Assembly: GCA_964389675.1 (NCBI GenBank)
Contig: CAYMEV010000003.1
Span: 65,109-129,108 of the forward strand
Source of the DNA: an uncultured Candidatus Sumerlaeota bacterium
Lineage (GTDB): Bacteria; CAYMEV01
Length of the DNA stretch: 64,000 nucleotides
Reading direction: 5' to 3'
Under the pieces are notes generated by a model, which saw only the letters and a list, made by a program, of their open reading frames with translations, had not been told where the DNA came from and made no database searches. The position numbers and the translations under genes were made by a program. Positions 60,074 through 64,000 of the stretch are shown here, in pieces (the first letter of the stretch is position 1; each line of letters opens with the position of its first letter).

Positions 60074-63000
60074 TTGGAAAAGCCTGATGTTTTCAAACGC
60101 TACAGTATCGGCGAGAAAATTGACTTTGAAAGATATGAAACATATATAGTCTATGATAACCTGTTTGAAAGGAACAAGAGGCTTACCTTTCTAACCCAGG
60201 AAAATCTGAGGAAAACAAATATCAAAAATCTCCTGAATCTTTATATCCTGTTTTCCAACCATAATATAAAGAGTATGGAATATCTTTTTGAGTGGGGCAG
60301 ATTATCTGATAACAGCTATTATTTTGTCAGGGACGCAAGAAGCCTTCTGAAAATCAAACAGCATTCCTTTCTTATTGAGGACCTGAAGCTTTTGATGCTT
60401 GATATACTCATAGCCCTGTACGGGATACACAGAAACGGCAGATACTACGGCAAGGTTCATGAAAACAGCATATATTACTGCTTTAACAGGTATGACAGCC
60501 AGAGAAACATACATTATGTCCTGTCAGCATTATCAGACAATATGAAATATAATGAGCAGCAGCTGGCGCTGGCACAGAAGTGGGATATAATGAGCTTCGG
60601 GATCACTATCCTGAAGCTTCTTTCAAAGGATAATTCAGATGCCCTTCTGAATGAGAATGATTATTCAAGGCTCTCTGAAAAGCTCACAGAGTACAATATT
60701 GACAGCGAGACCAGGGAGATCCTGATAGAACTGCTGGATGCAAATGAAGATGTACTTTATTATATAAAGAAGATCCTGAGCAATGATGAAATGGACAGGG
60801 ATCCCCAGCTTAGGGCTGTATACAACGGCCTGCTCTTTTCACGGTTTCCAAAAAACCATATAGGCATATCAAATATAAAAGAACTGGACGACCCTGATAA
60901 AAGGCTGTTCATTCTGGAGGGAAGCGAGGGAGCTGGAAAAACCGAGCTTCTGAATTTGCAGAGCCAGATCCTCAGGCAGAAAGGGCATTCCATAATAAGG
61001 ATAGAGTCCCTTTCTGAGACAAATACCAGGATAAGCATCTACAACAATTTGCTTAATTATATCAGGAATTTCCTCAGTGATAATGATTCAAAGAGCCAGG
61101 GGAGCAGTCCCGGCTTCAGCGAGCATCATCTTCTTTATGGCCTTTCAATGCTCAGGGACAGAACCAGCCCGGTACTGATGATCGATGACCTGGAGTATGC
61201 TGAGACTGACATATACAACCTAATAGGCATGTTTATCAGTTCTGATATTCCAGTATATGTATCGCACAGGGCCAGTACAGATGGTAATGATCTGATGCAT
61301 GAACTTGTAAGAAGTACAGGCAGTGCAGATATTAAATATTTCAGCCTTGATGACTGGAACAGGGGCCAGATCGAAGAACTGCTGAGAATAGCATTTCCTT
61401 CATACAGAAAAGATGTTTTTGAATTCATGCTCAGCAAACTCTGCAGTTATGGCATTGACAAGCCAAAGGATATAATGAGGATACTGTTCCAGATAAATAC
61501 CTATGCAGGGCTTGATGAGATAGAGACCGGAAAGCTTTTAAGGATTATTACAGGCATAATATCCAAAAATCTTATCCGTAAGCCATTTTACAGTGAGATC
61601 TCAGATATACAGAAGGAGATCCTTATAATCCTCTTTCTATATCCTGGCGGGCTAAAAAGGCTTGCTGATATAATACCTCTTTCTGAAGAAGATGTCTCTG
61701 GTATTATTGAGCCGATGATGAAGGAGGGGTATATTTATGAGAAAAACGGTATCTACAGTGTAAATCGCGAATTAATCAGCAATAATTTAATTTTGGATGA
61801 GAATCCCAGATATATCAGGAAGGTTCATAAAAAGATAGCCAATTTCCTGATCCAGGAAGCAAAAAAGACAAAAAAATACTCTCCCCTTATAATTGCGGAG
61901 CATTTATTCAACAGCGGAAATAAATCCGAAGCAGCACCCTTCTATTTTAATGCTGCTATTAATTTTGAAAAGAGCTATAACTTCGATCAGGCTATAAAGT
62001 ACTATAATATTGCTTTATCAGTTTATAGAAGCTTCAAGAAAACCTTATCACTGGAAAAACAGAGGAAGATCTACCTGAGCCTTTTTGATCTTTATATGAA
62101 ACGGGGGAATCTTTCAAATGCCCTTCAATCACTGAAGAATATGCAGACAGCTTTCAGCAATGACTTTGAATATTATAAAAGATATTCGTATTATTACAGG
62201 AAGAAAGGCGATTATAAAAAAGCGATCACATATATAAACAGGGCTGCTGAGATTATTGCAGGGAAAAAGGATAAGAAGAAGAGACTGGAGATTCAGGCAG
62301 ACCTTATCAATATCCTGATTGAGGTCGGCAAATTTGAAAAAGCCTATAAGCTCATTAACGAATCGCTTGCCTATCAGAAAGATAACGGTCTGCTTGACAA
62401 CAGGGGATATCTGCTTAATCTGCTGGGTATTGTCTATCTGCAGTTCGGTGCTTATGATAAAGCCGAGAAATGCCTGATCGAGGCATCCGAGCTGGAGATG
62501 ACAACAAAGAACTATCTTGTGCTCCCTCTCATATTCAATAACCTCGGGATAATCTACCTTGAAAAGGGTGAATTTAAACGCTCATTATCCTATTATTCAA
62601 AGGGCCTGGATATCTGCCTGAAGGTTAATGATATTATAGGCATCAGCAGGGGCTATCACAATATTGGCGTACTCTGCAAGAACAGCGGACAGCTTTCCGA
62701 GGCCGAGAAATATTTTATGAAGGCAAAGATATACCACGAGAGGTCAAATCTAAGGTATGGCTATTCCAAGGACCTCCAGCAGCTTGGGAACCTGTATACA
62801 ATGAAGGGTGAGCTGAACAGGGCTTTCAGTCTGCTGAAGGAATCCATGAGAGCAAGCGACAGGCTCTATGATAAGGACAGCTCGGCGGAAACTCTTGAAT
62901 ACCTTGGCATTCTTTATTTTTTCCTCGGATCCTACCAGGAATCCATACAGAGCCTTAAAGAAGGAAAAGAAAAGGCAATGAAAACCAGGAACATGAACCT

Positions 63001-63784
63001 TATAATATCCATCAACACTCACCTGTCACTTATAAACATAGACCTTGGAGACTTTGAATCCTGCCTGAAGCATGCAGGGCATGCACTCAATGAACTGAGA
63101 AAGATAAGCTATACTAAAAATATTTTCCTGAATAACTCATTATGCGATATATGCGCAAAATATATTGATATGCAGAAGAATGGCCCTGAAGTGATCCAAG
63201 TCCAGCTGGCCTGCGCTTCTGATCCGGGCTGTAATTATCCTGAAGACATAAAGAAGTCCATAGAGGCGGAAACATTACCCATTTCAAAATTCAGGCTTGC
63301 CAAAATTTACCTTGACTACTTTCTTTCAATTCACTATTTAAGAGAAGAAACGGGAAAGCTGGATAAAACCCTGTCCGGCAGGATACTGGATACGATCCTG
63401 TATCTGTCTGATATTATGAAAGACCTGAACATAACAAAGAATTCCAGGTATTACGACCTGTACTACCGTTTCTATGACTGCCTGATCCAGGCTGATATAA
63501 AAAAGGATGAGAGCTTTATAGCAAATCTGCTGAAAAAATCAATTGAATCACTTGATACATGTATCAATAAGGACTACAGTGAACTGATATGGAGATGGGA
63601 GTTCCTGACAGGGCTGTGCTACCATTTATTCTCTAACAGAGAAAAGGCAAAGGAGCATTTCCGAAATACATGTTCAAGGCTTGAAAGCACAGGGGAGAGC
63701 CTTCCGGAGCCATACAATGAATATTACCTGAAAGTACCCTTCCGGAAAGCTGTCTATAACAGATCTAAGAGTTATTGCCGATAA
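60074..63784 (+). CDS. STAND-type regulator: pseudokinase-like N-terminal domain, P-loop NTPase and TPR repeats
   Basis: N-terminal kinase-fold remnants: IHRNGRYYGKVHENSI has HRN in place of HRD, and WDIMSFGITILKLL matches subdomain IX. Paralogous to the N-terminus of 49553. Walker A LEGSEGAGKTELL. Multiple C-terminal TPR-like repeats. 1236 aa. Confidence 0.65.
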   Translation: MEKPDVFKRYSIGEKIDFERYETYIVYDNLFERNKRLTFLTQENLRKTNIKNLLNLYILFSNHNIKSMEYLFEWGRLSDNSYYFVRDARSLLKIKQHSFLIEDLKLLMLDILIALYGIHRNGRYYGKVHENSIYYCFNRYDSQRNIHYVLSALSDNMKYNEQQLALAQKWDIMSFGITILKLLSKDNSDALLNENDYSRLSEKLTEYNIDSETREILIELLDANEDVLYYIKKILSNDEMDRDPQLRAVYNGLLFSRFPKNHIGISNIKELDDPDKRLFILEGSEGAGKTELLNLQSQILRQKGHSIIRIESLSETNTRISIYNNLLNYIRNFLSDNDSKSQGSSPGFSEHHLLYGLSMLRDRTSPVLMIDDLEYAETDIYNLIGMFISSDIPVYVSHRASTDGNDLMHELVRSTGSADIKYFSLDDWNRGQIEELLRIAFPSYRKDVFEFMLSKLCSYGIDKPKDIMRILFQINTYAGLDEIETGKLLRIITGIISKNLIRKPFYSEISDIQKEILIILFLYPGGLKRLADIIPLSEEDVSGIIEPMMKEGYIYEKNGIYSVNRELISNNLILDENPRYIRKVHKKIANFLIQEAKKTKKYSPLIIAEHLFNSGNKSEAAPFYFNAAINFEKSYNFDQAIKYYNIALSVYRSFKKTLSLEKQRKIYLSLFDLYMKRGNLSNALQSLKNMQTAFSNDFEYYKRYSYYYRKKGDYKKAITYINRAAEIIAGKKDKKKRLEIQADLINILIEVGKFEKAYKLINESLAYQKDNGLLDNRGYLLNLLGIVYLQFGAYDKAEKCLIEASELEMTTKNYLVLPLIFNNLGIIYLEKGEFKRSLSYYSKGLDICLKVNDIIGISRGYHNIGVLCKNSGQLSEAEKYFMKAKIYHERSNLRYGYSKDLQQLGNLYTMKGELNRAFSLLKESMRASDRLYDKDSSAETLEYLGILYFFLGSYQESIQSLKEGKEKAMKTRNMNLIISINTHLSLINIDLGDFESCLKHAGHALNELRKISYTKNIFLNNSLCDICAKYIDMQKNGPEVIQVQLACASDPGCNYPEDIKKSIEAETLPISKFRLAKIYLDYFLSIHYLREETGKLDKTLSGRILDTILYLSDIMKDLNITKNSRYYDLYYRFYDCLIQADIKKDESFIANLLKKSIESLDTCINKDYSELIWRWEFLTGLCYHLFSNREKAKEHFRNTCSRLESTGESLPEPYNEYYLKVPFRKAVYNRSKSYCR

Positions 63785-63887
63785 ATAAAGACTTTTATTT
63801 ATATTCCTTGACAATATATCTGATACAGTTAATTTCTTAATTTGGTATCCTGAACAGAATAACCTAAAGTTTGAAAGGAGCAGAAAC

Positions 63888-64000
63888 TTGGAAAAATCAA
63901 ATGAACTTTCTATAGATAAGATCTTTGAAGAATTATTATCTGATGACGATACAGCGAAAGAAAAAGCCCTCAGGTTTCTTGAGAGCTTTGAAGATGAATT
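63888..64000 (+). CDS. 5' end of a gene truncated by the window edge; probable TTG start
   Basis: Frame open from TTG 63888 to the window end. AAAGGAG SD 8 nt upstream. No in-frame ATG. Confidence 0.25.
   Translation, partial: MEKSNELSIDKIFEELLSDDDTAKEKALRFLESFEDE

Overview
This 64 kb window comes from a low-GC (~37%) diderm bacterium. It is almost entirely coding (about 60 CDSs) and contains no rRNA, tRNA, CRISPR or obvious mobile elements. The left part is core housekeeping: tig (5'-truncated by the window edge), clpP, lon (no clpX between them), engB, metH, a DppA-like peptidase and a RimL-like GNAT. Next comes a minus-strand Na+-translocating acyl-CoA decarboxylase operon (mmdA-D-C-B order), then birA, nadC, lepB and a ROK kinase. 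The accessory content is the interesting part. (1) From about 32.2 to 44.0 kb there is a compact, co-oriented flagellar-type type III secretion core. It runs FHA-FHA membrane protein, fliA, fliE-like, a short SctJ-like lipoprotein in the FliF position, fliG-like, fliH, fliI, fliJ, fliK-like, an FHA-FliM/FliN (SctQ-like) fusion, fliO, fliP, fliQ, fliR and flhB. The FlhB homologue has NPDE where the NPTH autocleavage motif should be. No flhA, rod, hook or filament genes are in the window. FHA, GGDEF and pseudokinase proteins surround the cluster. (2) A B12-binding radical SAM enzyme with a CX4CX2C motif and a possible C-terminal PqqD-like domain sits directly upstream of two zinc-ribbon (DUF4178-like) proteins flanking a DUF350 membrane protein. 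(3) Two diverged tandem paralogs have N-termini resembling HslV/proteasome-beta Ntn hydrolases; one has Thr2, the other Ala2. (4) A MamK-family actin lies beside an AmiC-type amidase with no other magnetosome genes nearby. (5) A TonB-like protein carries a cytoplasmic pseudokinase domain, and a paralogous pseudokinase is fused to a STAND NTPase-TPR protein. (6) An HDOD-GAF-HprK-like-TlpA operon and an SPL-family radical SAM gene are also present. Every call is made by eye from motifs in the supplied translations; nothing was searched or computed.
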